Assembly (NCBI GenBank): GCA_965113315.1
Contig: OZ220367.1
Source: Podarcis vaucheri
Lineage: Eukaryota
Direction: 5' to 3' (one strand)
DNA: 64,000 bases
Made by a program: the position numbers and the translations under genes. Below the pieces are notes generated by a model. That model saw nothing but the letters and a program-made list of their open reading frames with translations. It was not told where the DNA came from and searched no databases. Below, in pieces: positions 23,973 to 37,256 of this stretch; the first letter of the stretch is position 1; every line of letters begins with the position of its first letter.

Positions 23973-26435
23973 TATAACCTCTGTTATAATTCAGAGTGGC
24001 ACTACGGATATGCAAATCCCTGTCATTTTGTTATCCAACAAACTAAAAATTGAAGTAGTTCAAAAGTATTACAGGGGAAATTGTTTCACTGGAATTTGTA
24101 CTTTTGTAATGGCATTGTTCTGATGCGAGAAAGAAACTTTAAATGAAGACAATCTTCGTTAATTTATGTTGTCCAGTTTAGTTCATCAGAATCTACTAAC
24201 ACGAAGACCGCATTAGAAAAAAAGAACATTGGTTTAATTCTAATTTGAATGTTCATCTTCTTCCAGCGGATATTTGCTTATGCCTGTATGCTGGAAAGAG
24301 AGTTGTTTAGAAAATTTAATTTACTTGAGTCCTGCTGGTTTGACATGAATCTGCATACTGTCTAACTCAAACATCTAATTGTCAGTCCATAATAAAAAAA
24401 ATTGTGGATTACCACAAAAGCTGCTTGCTTTAAAGTGCACTGGTAAGATGAGCTTGTTTTCTTAGATGCAGCGACTCATAAACATGCTCAGCTGGGATTT
24501 CATCACCACAATAATCCCCAAAGAGTGATTTCATTTGTTCACTAACTTTGATGCAGCATGGGAGACTCAGGACTTTCAGCTCCATTTTTATATGTAAATA
24601 ACTCTTTCTGTATGCATTAAATAAGCTTAACCAATAATTTCAGTTCACCAGAATTAGTTTAGAATCCTGATCTTAAATCTGATTTCCTACAACAGCAACT
24701 AACGTTTCGGACGTACTGTCTGCTTCTCCAGGAACACAGTCAAATGATGCATTTTTGCTGTTCAGTCCATCCACGAACCTTCTAACCTGCAAGGATTTCC
24801 AGTAACTGGGTGGGTTCTCCCACTACTTTCCACATTTCACCAAACTCCACTTTCAGCTCCGGGCTCCCCTGTATCTTCTAAGTTAGTATTTTTTTATTTT
24901 ATTTTTTAAATCAGATCTGGAACCTGAATCCCTTTTCTGAGTCCTGACAATTCTGCAAAAAACAAGCATAGCCGCTCACACACAGGGACGGCACATCCTG
25001 TTTTTCTGCTTGATGTGAAATGGCCAGTGCTACCCTGCCACTGCCTCCGCCAGGGAAGCAGCGCTAGCATTGGTGCTGATTTCCAGCAAGATCTTGCTGA
25101 AATCTCATGTGTTCCGTGGAATCTCATGAGATTTCAGCAAGATCTTGCGAGATCTTGTTGGAAATTCCACCCCTTGAGGCAACAGCTTCACCCTGCCTCA
25201 TGGGAGATGGTTCTGAGATTAATTTAAGATTACCATTGAACTGAAAATAGAACATTGCAGTATACAGGGCAAAACACAGAATTTGTCATATCTTAATAAG
25301 CAGGTCTCTTGTGGTTTTAACTTAGGCCTGAATTCTGGTTCTGTACCCTTGTAATTCTAGCAGCCACAAATGGGAGGATGTCTGAAATAAGTCTGGGCTA
25401 ATTTTTTAATTTTTTTAATGTTTTCCCTTCAGTTAAAGGAATGCACAGAAACAAAAGATCTTTTTGGTTCAGGCTTCTGCCTGTTTTCCTCGAGTCACTT
25501 CATCTGAAGTAGGGCTTTTTCTCACTTTCAAGTATCAGTATTATTAAGGATAAAGATGTGCAGATTGCGAAACAAAAAAGCTGAAATAGTAGGGAATAAA
25601 CAGAGGAGACACAGCTCTTTGTAGATTAACTCAGTTTTATACAAAACTTTGGATCACAACAATATCTAATTAAAGTTTTACTGGATGAAATTCAGAATGC
25701 GATCAGAATTGGAGTCACACTGCTGGATGGATGGCAGCCACATAGATAAACTGATTGGGAGGCAGGCTTAGGTTCAAGATTGTAAATGGCATGATTTTAA
25801 AAATTATATTTATCAGTGAGTAATTTGGTGCCATCTGTTTTGAGATTTTCTCCAATTATAAACCTCCCCCAAGTGTTCAATTGCATGCTCACTTTTAAGT
25901 TTATACAGTTCGACAGGGCCACAGAAATAATTTCATCTGAGAATTTAGGGTGGGACATAACTTGCATAAATGAACTTCTGCTGTTGAAGAACCCCCAATA
26001 ACTAGACATTTTTACCTAAGATTTGCCTGCCTAAATTAACCAGCTTCAGAACACCCTGACACACAAAAAAGAAATGTCAAAATGAGAGATTTACAAAGAT
26101 TTGTAAAAGAACCAGATGTAGTACTGTACACATTTAAGCTAGACATGTTATGTACATTAGTTTCCAACATTAAAAGCACTTGTAAAAACAATTAACCATT
26201 TCTTTTAATCCCATTGCTTGCTGAATAAACATTCCTATTGCATTTATATTATTCTCTCTTTAAAGACCAGTTACATACTGGTGTGATTCATTTTGTAGTT
26301 TAATTTAAACTACAGCTTTCATCAGAGTGAAAAGATACTATCAGGAAATCTGATAGGAAGTTGCAATCAGTAGCAAAAATATGTTGACTATTGTTTTAAT
26401 ACTTAATAAACGGAGAAGCATAGCCTATATACATT

Positions 26436-26441
26436 TTTATT
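26436..26441 (-). terminator. Candidate GRK7 polyadenylation signal AATAAA (another at 26701-26706)
   Basis: TTTATT on the plus strand about 370 nt downstream of the stop codon in an AT-rich 3'UTR; actual usage unknown. Confidence 0.35.
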
Positions 26442-26813
26442 GAGTTTCCTACTTAACTGCAATCAGTTTAGACCCACTGTGTCACTCCAGTGATAAGTCT
26501 TTTTCATAAAGAACATGGATGTATCACTACTGAAACCTAACAAAGCAGAAGCAGTCTCAAGGGAGGAAAATATATATCCAGATGATTTTGTGTATTTTAT
26601 CCAGAAATCACCATGAGTTGTTAAGCCATCATGCTATTTTAAAATAATCCTCATTCTTCATTGAAAATTTCCAATAAAATACCAAAATGGAAGAGAACAG
26701 TTTATTCGGCTTGCCTTTATGATGACAATGAGTTCTTGCTACACACCTTAGAGTCTTTGAAATAATGGAAGGTTCAATGGTGCATTCCCACCCTTACATT
26801 TCTGGTGCAATAT

Positions 26814-27135
26814 TTATAACAACAAACAAACTCCAGATTTCGAGTCAGCAACTAATCTGTGGGGATTGTTCAGGTCTTCAAACAGTCCTGTTTGAATGAC
26901 TTCTTCCTGCCAAGGTATTGGGATAGCACCTGTTGCAAATTTCTTGAAGAATTTCTTGTCTTTGTCATCAAACTCTATCCCCCGCACTTCAGAGAAGTCG
27001 GCAATGTCTGCAACATCTTTGGCATAGACAACGCTGGGATCTGGCACAAAGGGGGGATCTATAAGGCCTGCCTCCAGCCTGTGGAAGTTTATTGATTTGA
27101 AGAAAGCATGCTTCCTGGGATCATCATCATTACTC
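26814..27135 (-). CDS. GRK7: GRK7 last coding exon (AGC-kinase C-tail PPFVPD, DFSEVRG, C-terminal CaaX SKSGVCLLL*)
   Basis: Acceptor tcttattgcag|G at 27136/27135 and TAA at 26816-26814. The CLLL geranylgeranylation motif and DFSEVRG distinguish GRK7 from GRK1. Confidence 0.95.
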
Positions 27136-27338
27136 CTGCAATAAGACAAGAGAATTTCAAGGTTAAACTCAAACACGCACAGATCTTAGGTATATTCAAC
27201 TGCAAAATCAGAGAGAAGTGATCAAAAATAAATTAGTTTGATGTATTCTTAGCTGAAGGAACAAAAGGCTTTTCTACTTCACGGACCAAGTTTTAATCAG
27301 GCTGAAAAGCAAATTTGAAGAATATCTACTTGGAAGTA

Positions 27339-27754
27339 CCGTATTTTTTGCCCTATAGGACGCACTTTTTCCCCTCCAAAAATGAAGGGGAAATGCGTGC
27401 GCCTTCTATGGGGCGAATACAGGCTTTTGCTGAAGCCTGGTGAGCGATAGGGGTCGGTGCGCACCGACCCCTCTCCCTCTCCAGGCTTCAGAAAGCTCTG
27501 CGCAGCCCTAGGGAGACCGGCGTGAAGCCGCGCTGGGCTCCCGAAGGTTGCGCAAGCTCCCAGAGCAATGCCGAAGCTACGCTCAGCTTCGGCATCGCTC
27601 TGGGACCCGTTCTGGGGGCTGGGGTCGGGGAAAGCTCGGGCTTCCCCCGCCCCAGCCCCGCGCCTGGGGGGGGATAATTTTTTTCCCTTTATTCCCCCCC
27701 CCAAATCTAGGTGTGTCCTATGGGCCGGTGCGTCTTATAGGGCGAAAAATACGG
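27339..27754. mobile_element. MITE family B
   Basis: CCGTATTTTT TIR, TA TSD; about 200 bp upstream of the GRK7 last-exon acceptor. Confidence 0.88.
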
Positions 27755-28485
27755 TAGGTCCGTGCAAACCATCATGTTTTGGAAACGTAAGCATCAACGT
27801 CAGTCTTAACACTAGACTTTTGATATGCTGCACTATTTAAACTAGACATGAAATTCATCTAATATTAATAAAGATTCTGGTAAGCAGCCCTAGGAACATG
27901 TTCATGCATTATAGAGATTTTAACCTAATTCTTCAGACACTTTCATGTGTGGCTTACAATAATAAAGGAATCAGGAGGCAATTTAAAATGTGTTAAACAT
28001 GCAGGCGCCCTAAAAGCATCAGAATCGAAAAGCAGCTCTAATGCAAACTCGTTGAATACCAAATGGTGTGTATGTTTGTGCATTTAAATGGAATTCCTTC
28101 TGTCCTCTACCTTTTCTCCAAGAAGCATAGAAGGACAGTCTGCCCAGGAGGTCCCTTTGAGAAGATCTCAACAGTCTTAAAGACAAAAATGCATTTGACA
28201 TTGTTCGACCATTTTCTGATCACTGAAAATGTCAGGACTGTCCATCACCTGGAGAACTTAGTCAATGTCAAATGGATATTACACTATAGTGTTTAAAACC
28301 TTCTCGTGATTAAGGAACTGCAAGGCTACAATTATTATTGTATCATAATAATACAAAGCAATAAGAATGTACGAGAAGAATATACAATTCTTATTACTCT
28401 TTTCTTCCTGAATTATTATTCGTAATAATAGAATTTTGTAAACCACTTTCAGTTCCATTCCGTTCTTATGATCAAGCAGTATATA

Positions 28486-28736
28486 CCGTATTTTTCGCTC
28501 TATAAGACGCACCAGACCACAAGACGCACCTAGTTTTTGGAGGAGGAAAACAAGAAATCTGAATCTCAGAAGCCAAAACAACAAGAGGGATCGCTGTGCA
28601 GTGAAAGCAGCGATCCCTCTTGCTGTTCTGGCTTCTGGGATAGCAGCGCAGCCTGCATTCTCTCCATAAGATGCACACACATTTCCCCCTACTTTTTAGG
28701 AGGGAAAAAGTGAGTCTTATAGAGAAAAAAATACGG
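28486..28736. mobile_element. MITE family B (short variant)
   Basis: CCGTATTTTT TIR, TA TSD. Confidence 0.88.
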
Positions 28737-29186
28737 TAAAATGTATTAGAATTGTTTTTGGGGGAATAAACTGAGAATCATGATCTAACACTTCCCTCAT
28801 CTGTCCTTGATTACCAGAGACAGCTCCAATTTTTGAAATCTGAGCCCAGAAAACTGGTGTTTCCATTTTTGCCTTTCAGGGCTGCCTCATTAAAACGTTG
28901 TCAAGGTGAGTTGCTAGAGTTGTCATTCTTCAGGATTCAGCTCCTTCCCAGGGTTTCTACACATTACATTTCTGAGCGTGGAGTGGGAGCATTGTGTATC
29001 TGGTATGCAAGCATGTTAATGCTAAGGCACCATTAGGTGCACAGCATGCCATTTTGCACGCAAGAGATGCCATTCTTTTGGTTTTTAAAGCCAAAGGTAA
29101 AGGGACCCCTGACCATTTATTTATTTATAAATAGGTTCCTCCAATATTTGTAAAGGTGACAGAGATTTTAGTAAGATGCAAATGTA

Positions 29187-29540
29187 AGGTAAAGGTAAAG
29201 GGACCCCTGACCATTAGGTCTAGTCGCGGATGACTCTGGGTTTGCGGCGCTCATCTTGCTTTATTGGCCAAGTGAGCCGGCGTACAGCTTCTGGGTTATG
29301 TGGCCAGCATGACTAAGCCGCTTCTGGCGAACCAGAGGAGTGCACGGAAACGCCGTTTACCTTCCCCTGGAGCGGTACCTATTTATCTACTTGCACTTTG
29401 ACATGCTTTCGAACTAATAGGTTGGCTGGAGCAGGGACCGAGCAATGGGAGCTTACCCCGTCATGGGGATTCGAACCACCGACCTTCTGATTGGTAAATC
29501 CTAGGCTCTGTGGTTTAACCCGCAGCGCCACCCACGTCCC
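29187..29540 (-). mobile_element. Sauria SINE (with an isolated 25-bp tail copy at 29093-29117)
   Basis: Full-length match to the other copies. Confidence 0.92.
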
Positions 29541-30267
29541 TGTGTTGTTTTTAGTCGATAGCTAATATGCTGCATTGACAATGCAGCATATAATAGAGCA
29601 GGGCTTTCAGCAATGCATAGTTGCAGCGGGGTCTCGGGTGGTGATTTTCAGTTAGAAAACTGGGATGCTATAAACATGCCTCCCTTTTATTCTGTGAAAT
29701 GTTGGTGGATATGCATAGAATCTCAGAGATGTGTGACCCACAGGCCAGGAAAAAAATGTGGTACCTGAAAATGACTACTGCCAGCTTAGGAGGAACACAT
29801 CAGCCTCCACCCCACTCCAGCTCCTACTTGCTGCTGAGTTGAATGCCTGCAGGCTGTGGTAGGGAATAACATTTAAACAAATTCAAGAGCTATCACCCCC
29901 TGCTTACAAAGTGGCATTTTAGCACCACCTCCAGGCTGAAATACATGCATGTACAAAAGTAAACAAGAGGCCATAGGGACCTTATAGGAGTAAAGAGTAG
30001 GAGATCCACAGATTTTCCAGGATTGGGTATCTGATGGATCTCCCTTTCCCCCTTCCAGATAAAGACAGCTTGAGAACTTGCAGGCACATTTACCTAAACA
30101 GGGCTCATTCTCTATATATCACTTGCTGTTCCATGAGATCCAGCTCTGTATCTTTTTGTTTGTTGGCAAATAGACACAGCACAACTCCAATTTGTCCTGA
30201 ACTTGAATTTGCCACTGAATTTGATGTTATAATTTACCAGATTCATAAACAGACTGATTTATACCTT

Positions 30268-30665
30268 TACGTTTCCGAGCACAATTCAAAGTGTTGGTGC
30301 TGACTTTTAAAGCCCTAAACGGCCTTGGTCCAGTATACCTGAAGGAGCGTCTCCACCCCCATCATTCTGCCCAGACACTGAGGTCCAGCGCCGAGGGCCT
30401 TCTGGCGGTTCCCTCACTGCGAGAAGCCAAGTTACAGGGAACCAGGCAGAGGGCCTTCTCGGTAGTGGTGCCCACCCTGTGGAACACCCTTCCACCAGAT
30501 GTCAAAGGAAAAAACTACCACCAGACTTTTAGGAGACACCTGAAGGCAGCCCTGTTTAGGGAAGCTTTTAATATCTGAAGGACTATTGTATTTTGGTGTT
30601 TTGTTGGAAGCCGCTCAGAGTGGCTGTGGAGGCCCAGCCAGATGGGTGGGGTGAATATATATATA
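30268..30665 (+). mobile_element. L2 LINE 3' fragment
   Basis: Same subfamily as the 20013 and 52468 copies. Confidence 0.9.
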
Positions 30666-30669
30666 CTCC

Positions 30670-31096
30670 TGGTATGCCCCACAGAGAAACCTACGGTCTG
30701 CAAATAATAACATCCTCAAGGTCCCAGGCCTCAGAGAGGTTAGGCTGGCCTCAACTAGAGCCAGGGCCTTCTCGGCTGCGGCTCCAACCTGGTGGAACGC
30801 TCTGTCACAAGAGACTAGGGCCCTGCGGGACCTGACATCTTTCCGCAGGGCCTGCAAGACAGAGTTGTTCCGCCAGGCCTTTGGTCAGGGCGCAGCCTGA
30901 CTCCCCCCTCTGGCAACCGCACAAAATCTTGCTTAATCGGTTGCCATCAATTTGATTTTAACTAATTTTATAATGAAATATTTTTAGAATGTATGATTAT
31001 TTGATTGTTTATTTGATTGTTGTTAGCCGCCCTGAGCCCGGCTCAGCTGGGGAGGGCGGGATATAAATAAAATTTATTTTTATTATTATTATTATT
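30670..31096 (+). mobile_element. L2 LINE 3' fragment, second subfamily
   Basis: RARAFSAAAPTWWNAL motif, GTTAGCCGCCCTGAG...GGCGGGATATAAAT tail, (TTA)n. Confidence 0.85.
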
Positions 31097-32567
31097 ACAC
31101 ACACATATATATATTCCTGTCTCTCTCCTCTGCCCCTTCTCAGTAGTTGCTTCCACAATGGCGAATGCTGTCCGCTGGGACGTGCATTAGGCCCTAAGTA
31201 ACACTTGTTGCTTTACTGGACGGGACAAGTGGCTGGTCCTAGCCTTTGAGGCCATTGCTTGAAAAATTATTGCTAATTTTAATTTTAGTTGCTTATTACG
31301 TTGCTTTTATTGTTCTTTGGTTGTTGCATTGTGCTACTTTGTCATAATCCTGTATGGTATATGGCTCTGTAAATTAATTTTGAAGTGCACTATATAAACA
31401 TTGCAAGGCAAATAAATTATATCTCTTTGTGGATGAGCAATTTCCTGTGCTCATCATTTATCTTTCCCATCTGGGAGATGGACTTGCCTGAAGGGTTTTG
31501 TGTTTATTTTTGTTCGCACATTGCAAAGAGTACAAAATATAATTATACAAATCTCCTAGGAGATGAAATAGTTAATCTCTTCTGACCCTAGCTCTTTTGA
31601 TGCTGGCTCTTGATCACAAACAACAGAACATTTTTAAATGGTCAGGTGTGCTTATTAAAGCTGCCTATGAGAAGCTTTAACTTACGCAACAGGTACTTAA
31701 ATAGATCACCCAAGGTCTCAATGACCTTAGAATCTTTAGCTAATCTTTACAATAAGGATGAGCTGTTCTTCAACAATATCTCCAGTATAATGGGCATAGA
31801 CAGGTTTTCTGCTACCTCCAGTATACAGTGTGTAGCTTCTCTCTCCCATCCCATCTGAATATTTAAAATTACTTCACATAATATGACAACATCTATGGTC
31901 CTTTCGAACCCTGTAAGACCATTCATGGATTTCGATATATGTGTTTCCACTACTGGCACTAACAACAATGCGTAAAACAAGACTAGAGGTCTATGCCTTG
32001 AATTTGTCTTTCCCCCCTTACTTTTGTTCCAGTGCTTCTTTGTGAATTATCTTATTATATTGCTTTTGAGAGACTCAGAGTAACAAATTTATTGCTGAAT
32101 GGTGAGAAGGGGACTAGGGGAGGGGGCAGGGAGTGGAATCCTCTTCGTACTCATGCGGAAAATACCACTACTAGCAAGGAATGCTAAAGCAGCATATTTC
32201 GGAATATCAACAGCAGCGTGAAAAACATCTGCACAAATAACGGTTACGAGGCGGTTCTCCGATTCCCTCAGAGGTTAATATAACATTGAGCAAGCTGCAG
32301 CAGGATCGTACAGGATCAGGAACACGGATGTGGTGTAATAAAAAAAAGGTTCCTTTGCCCTTTTGCAGACTTCATGAGTAGCTGGAAGAACATTACCACA
32401 TGTAAAACGTAGGGTGGGGTTGAATGACAGGTTATAAAACACAGGCAGAAATGTACAGAGTATGGAACTTCTTTTCTTAAGGTAGGTTGTTCCTTTTGCT
32501 TTGGGAAATCCTTCCTTGGAAGGTGTGTTTGGCCTCCTGTTGGCTATGCTGAACCTCTACTGACACT

Positions 32568-32806
32568 GAGAGCCAGTGTGGTGTAGTGGTTAAGAGCAGT
32601 GGACTCGTAATCTGGTGAACCGGGTTCGATTCCCCGCTCCTCCACATGCAGCTGCTGGGTGACCTTGGGCCAGTCACACTTCTCTGAAGTCTCTCAGCCC
32701 CACTCACCTCACAGAGTGTTTGTTGTGGGGGAGGAAGGGAAAGGAGATTGTTAGCCGCTTTGAGACTCCTGAAGGGGAGTGAAAGGCGGGATATCAAATC
32801 CAAACC
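32568..32806 (+). mobile_element. tRNA-headed CORE-type SINE (Squam3/MIR-like)
   Basis: A box TGGTGTAGTGG, B box GGTTCGATTCC, CORE-like GCTGGGTGACCTTGGGCCAGTCAC, L2-like 3' tail. Confidence 0.85.
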
Positions 32807-34315
32807 CTTCAAACTCTTCTACCGAATACTGCTTGCTGAGAGAGTTGTTTTGATCAGGTACCGCTTGCAGGTTTCCTCACAGGCATAAAGTTGGCCACTG
32901 TTAGAACATGTTGTTGGACTAGATGGGCCACTGGCCTGATTCAGCAGGTTCTTTCTTAGGTTCTTTTGACATCTTTAGGTTGATAAGAAAAAAATTAAAC
33001 GCTCTGACACCTGCTTGTGGTCTTCCCAAGGGCTTCTGGCTAGCCACAGTAAGAACAGGATGCCGTTGGCCTGATCCAGCAGGACTCTTCTTATGTTCAT
33101 CAGGACAAAGACCACCTTTTCCTGCCTGTCTATATACGAGTTTGTTATTCCGGTACCCTGGCTTTGTGCTTAACTCTTATGCTTTTTATGGTCTCATTAC
33201 TGTTCATGGCTGTCCTTGACATTATCTGCTGCTTGTTTGTATTTATTTCATCTGATGGTCTGCGTTTTCTATTCTTAACCCTTTCTCTCCTGCTTATAGG
33301 GGCCTTTTTTTCCAAAAAGTAGCACAAAACCTTATTTTACCTCACCTTGCCTCTGGGTTTCATTCAGATAGCATGGTTCATTGGTAACAGAGAATTAGTC
33401 ATGAATCATAGAATTGAAAAGTTGGAAGGGCCCCCCAATATTAGATTATGATAAGTCTTGCATGTTTCTTCTTTAAGCAGGATTTTTTAAAGATAAAATA
33501 TATTTATATAACTCTGCAACAACTGGATGGCACCACTTTGGTTGTCCCTGGACAAGAGACCTATAATTAGGTTGACAATTTGGCTGAAGTGACTTAAGCA
33601 TTTAGAACGTGTGTTTGTATATATCCTGACGTCTACTGTATGCAGCCTCAAAATAACAAAAACTTGAAAGCTTGCTTTCTCTTTAAGTGACAGAACTGGA
33701 GTGAGGGAAGTTGCCTAACACTTTTTACATCTTGAATTGTGTCACACAGAACTAGAAATAGTTGAATTTACTCATACTGTGAAGGGAAGAATCACATCCT
33801 CTGGACACATTAGAATTCCCCACTGAAACAGTACAGGGTGATCCAAACGAGACTATACCTCAGCGCACAAGGTTGTACGCTTTGGCCTACTGACAAAAGG
33901 AAATGATGCTATGAGTTCAAGAGTTCCATGAGTTCAAGAAGCCATGCACCCGTTGCTCCAAGACCTTTGGAAAAATCAAATCACTTAAATAACCCATGCA
34001 ACCCTCCTCCACTTCTAGCTGTATATTCCTATGTGATATTTTGCAGGGTGTTCTGCAGGATTCTTAAACTCTCCTGCAGAAACAACATAGGAATACATAT
34101 TATTTGTAATATATGTTTGCCCTTGAGCAAATAGCAAGTTTTAGGCTCACTGAAAATCCTGACTGCTGACTAGAACAACACATAGATCAGGGGTTGTAAA
34201 TGTAGCACAAGGAACAAATGAGAACAAGGATTTGGGGAGGGTGAAGCATTTACCAGAGCCAGTAGGACAGGATGTGGTGGGTTCATGGTTGTGAAGTGTG
34301 TGTTGTGCTCATGCT

Positions 34316-34700
34316 CAGGGGCGTCTTACCCATAGAGGCTAGTGGCGAGGGGCGCCAAGTTCTGGAGGGTGCCAGGGAAGAGGCGGAGGCTGGATGTGGC
34401 GCCTCCCAGCATCAGCTCGCTGCCCTCGCCTGCCTCCGCCATGCTGTGCCAAAGCAGCGCTGCACCCAGAGCCTCTGTCTGCCATGGCTACTGTGGCATG
34501 AAGTGACCAGCTCAGCTGGGAGGCACCACATCCAGCCTCTGCCTCTTCCCCGCCGGAGGAGCTGCCGTCCAGCCGCTGCCCACCTCCTCCAGCCCTGCCG
34601 GCAGTGCCATCCTCCTTAAAAAACTCTGGGAAACGGGGGGGGGGGAGAGCACCGGAGGGAGCTTTGCACCACAGCGCCGGATATGCTTAAGACAGCCCTG
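34316..34700. mobile_element. GC-rich hAT (Tip100-like) MITE
   Basis: CAGGGGCGTCTTA / TAAGACAGCCCTG; TSD CTCATGCT/CCCATGCT. Confidence 0.75.
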
Positions 34701-35873
34701 CCCATGCTAGTCTTTCCAGATTCCCAATGTGTCCATAGGCCCCAAACAATACGAGAGAGATGCCTTGAACTCCAGTGCTGCCCTGCTGTGGGGAACAAGA
34801 CCCTCTTGAGATGACCATGCTGTAGGAACTGGACTTCTTCCATCTAAATCCAGGTGTAAATATGTGAACAAATCATATTTCTTAAAGGCACAACAGCCTC
34901 TGCCACACCTTCAATTCTACAAAGGAGCGCAGACGCTGGTTGAGGGCCAAGCCCCCTGGAATCCTGTGCACATCTCAGCACGGACTGCGGTGGCCTGTAA
35001 TAATATTATTGATGGGGGTAGATTAAGGAATGTGCGCTGTAGTTTACATAGGCTGCATTTTACAACCAAAGTACAGCCCTTCTTGTTGTGTCATTACTGG
35101 ACATCACCTGCGCACAAGGGAACAAAGGAAAAAGACAGAATCAAGAAACTGTATTTCAATGCATTGGCCATGAATTGGAAGTTCATTAAAAAAGCAAAGC
35201 AGCTCTAAGAATGCATTCTGTACTATGCCTTTGGAGGAAAACAATTATGGAAAGTATTTTTTTCTCCCTGTTCTTTAAAAGTCACCTGGCCACACCTACA
35301 CCATAGATTTAAAGTGCATTTAGCAGACATGGCTTCCCACAAAGAATTATCGGAACCGTAGTTTACTGCTCACAGAGCCATAATTCCCAGCACCCTTAAT
35401 AAATTACAGTTGCTGGCATTCTACGTGTGCCTTAAATGTGCTTGAAATGTATGTGACCACAACTATCAGAGAAGAACTTCAGACTTGAGATAATATCCCT
35501 GCCCAGTTAAAGTTAAAGTGTTTTCCTTTCAGTCCACTTATGGTTACTAAATTCCAGGTGTTATTGAACTCCAGTAGGATAGCCACCCTTGAGTTAAACG
35601 AAACATTTAAAGCATTTAGATACATGAACTCAGTTTTCCTGTGTCTGTTCTGCTGTAAGAGAACACAAAACTTACATAGGGTAAAATGTACATCCAATTT
35701 ATGATAGCTCCGTTCCGCTTTCTGGCCAACATTAACAATGAGACACATTTGGACCTTCCCAGCGTAAACAGTCTTAGAAAACTCTATAGAACCTATGAAC
35801 CTCATTTCCCTAAAACGAATGGATGGCATTACGCCTTAACTTCTTTTTTCAATCAAGATAAATAGAATCGTAC

Positions 35874-36145
35874 CTGGTTCCCAAACGATCTGCTGGTTTC
35901 TTTGCCAAGAACGCTTTACAGATATCTTTTGTTGGCTCATCAAAGTTAGCGTGCTCAAACTTCACCTCATCTTCTATGGTTCTTCTTTTAACTTCACTTT
36001 TGTCAACTTTCTCTTTGAAATCCTTGAATGGAGTTCGACCAGCAACCATCTCATAAATACTACACCCCATAGCAAACCAGTCCACTGAGTAGGTGTAATT
36101 CTCTTCGTTTAGGATTTCAGGAGCCATGTATCCATTAGTTCCAGC
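35874..36145 (-). CDS. GRK7: G protein-coupled receptor kinase 7, penultimate coding exon (kinase subdomains VIII-XI: AGTNGYMAPE...DWFAMGCSIYEMVAGRTPF...RLGTR)
   Basis: Acceptor ttattgtcacag|GCT at 36146/36145 and donor AG|GTACG at 35874/35873. The 272-nt exon (phase 0 to 2) splices in frame to the last exon (AG+G = Arg). Confidence 0.95.
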
Positions 36146-36541
36146 CTGTGACAATAAGAAGACAGCTTTAGTAATCCTAAAAAAGCAATGTCTTTGAGGG
36201 GGGGGGGAAATATTCTTTTGATTAATCATGTACAATTGCATTTTCAGCTGCAATTACTAGTAATGAAAACAATCGTCTCTTGATACAGATGTCTATCATA
36301 GTTACAGCCAAATTATTTGCATACCATGTTTTCCACAAATGCATCTGTGCTGAAAGCAATTCACATAAAGAAGTCTAAATACAGGAATACAATAATGATA
36401 CATAATGAAAAGTATAATAATTGTAATAGAACATAGAAAAAAGCAACAATTAACAGTTCACTAAACACACATCCAAATATAAGGGAGCATAAAGCTCACC
36501 AATGGGTCAAGGAAAAATACCCAATATATTCACATTCAAAA

Positions 36542-37251
36542 GTAGTCTTCAAATATATAAAGGGCTGTCACATCGGATGGAGCAAGCTTGTTTTCTCCTG
36601 CTCTGGAGGGTAAGGTAAAAAAAAGGTAAAGGACCCCTGGATGGTTAAGTCCAGTCAAAGGTGATTATGGGGCGTGGCGCTCAACTTGCTTCAGGCCGAG
36701 GGAGCCGGCATTTGTCCACAGACCGCTTTCCTGGTCATGTGGCCAGTAGGACTAAACCACTTCTGGCACAATGGGACACCATGATGGAAACCAGAGCGCA
36801 TGGAAATGCCTTTTACCTTCCCACCACAGTGGTACCTGTTTATCTACTTGCACTGGCGTGCTTTTGAACTGCTAGGTTGGCAGGAGCTGGGACAGAGCAA
36901 TGGGAGCTCACCCTGTCGTACACATTCGAACCGTCGACCCTCAGATCAACAAGCCCAAGAGGCTCAGTGGTTTAGACCAGAGCACCACCCAGAGGGTAGG
37001 ACCCAAACCAATCTCTTCAAGTTACAAAAAAAAAGGAGATTCTGACTAACTAAACCGAGAAGCCCTTTCTGACAGTAAGAGCTGTTTGACAATGGAACAG
37101 ACTCCCTTGGAAGGTTGTGGACACTCCTTCTTTGGAGGTTTGTAACCAGAGGTTGGGTAGCCATCTGTCATGCATGGTCTAGTTGACATTCCTGAATTGC
37201 AGGGGGTTCGTCTAGATGATCCTCGGGGTCCCTTCCAACTCTACAATTCTG
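36542..37251 (+). mobile_element. CR1 LINE 3' fragment (split by a Sauria SINE)
   Basis: GTCTTCAAATAT..AAGGGCTG, TGGAACAGACTCCC, CR1 3' end GGTCCCTTCCAACTCTACAATTCTG. Confidence 0.85.
36613..36991 (-). mobile_element. Sauria SINE inserted into a CR1 fragment
   Basis: Core motif and TSD GAGGGTA (36606-36612 / 36992-36998). Confidence 0.9.
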
Positions 37252-37256
37252 TTATT

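Noticed and set aside
32568-32645. tRNA gene
   Set aside because: It is the tRNA-derived head of a SINE, with body and tail attached and a second copy at 19096.
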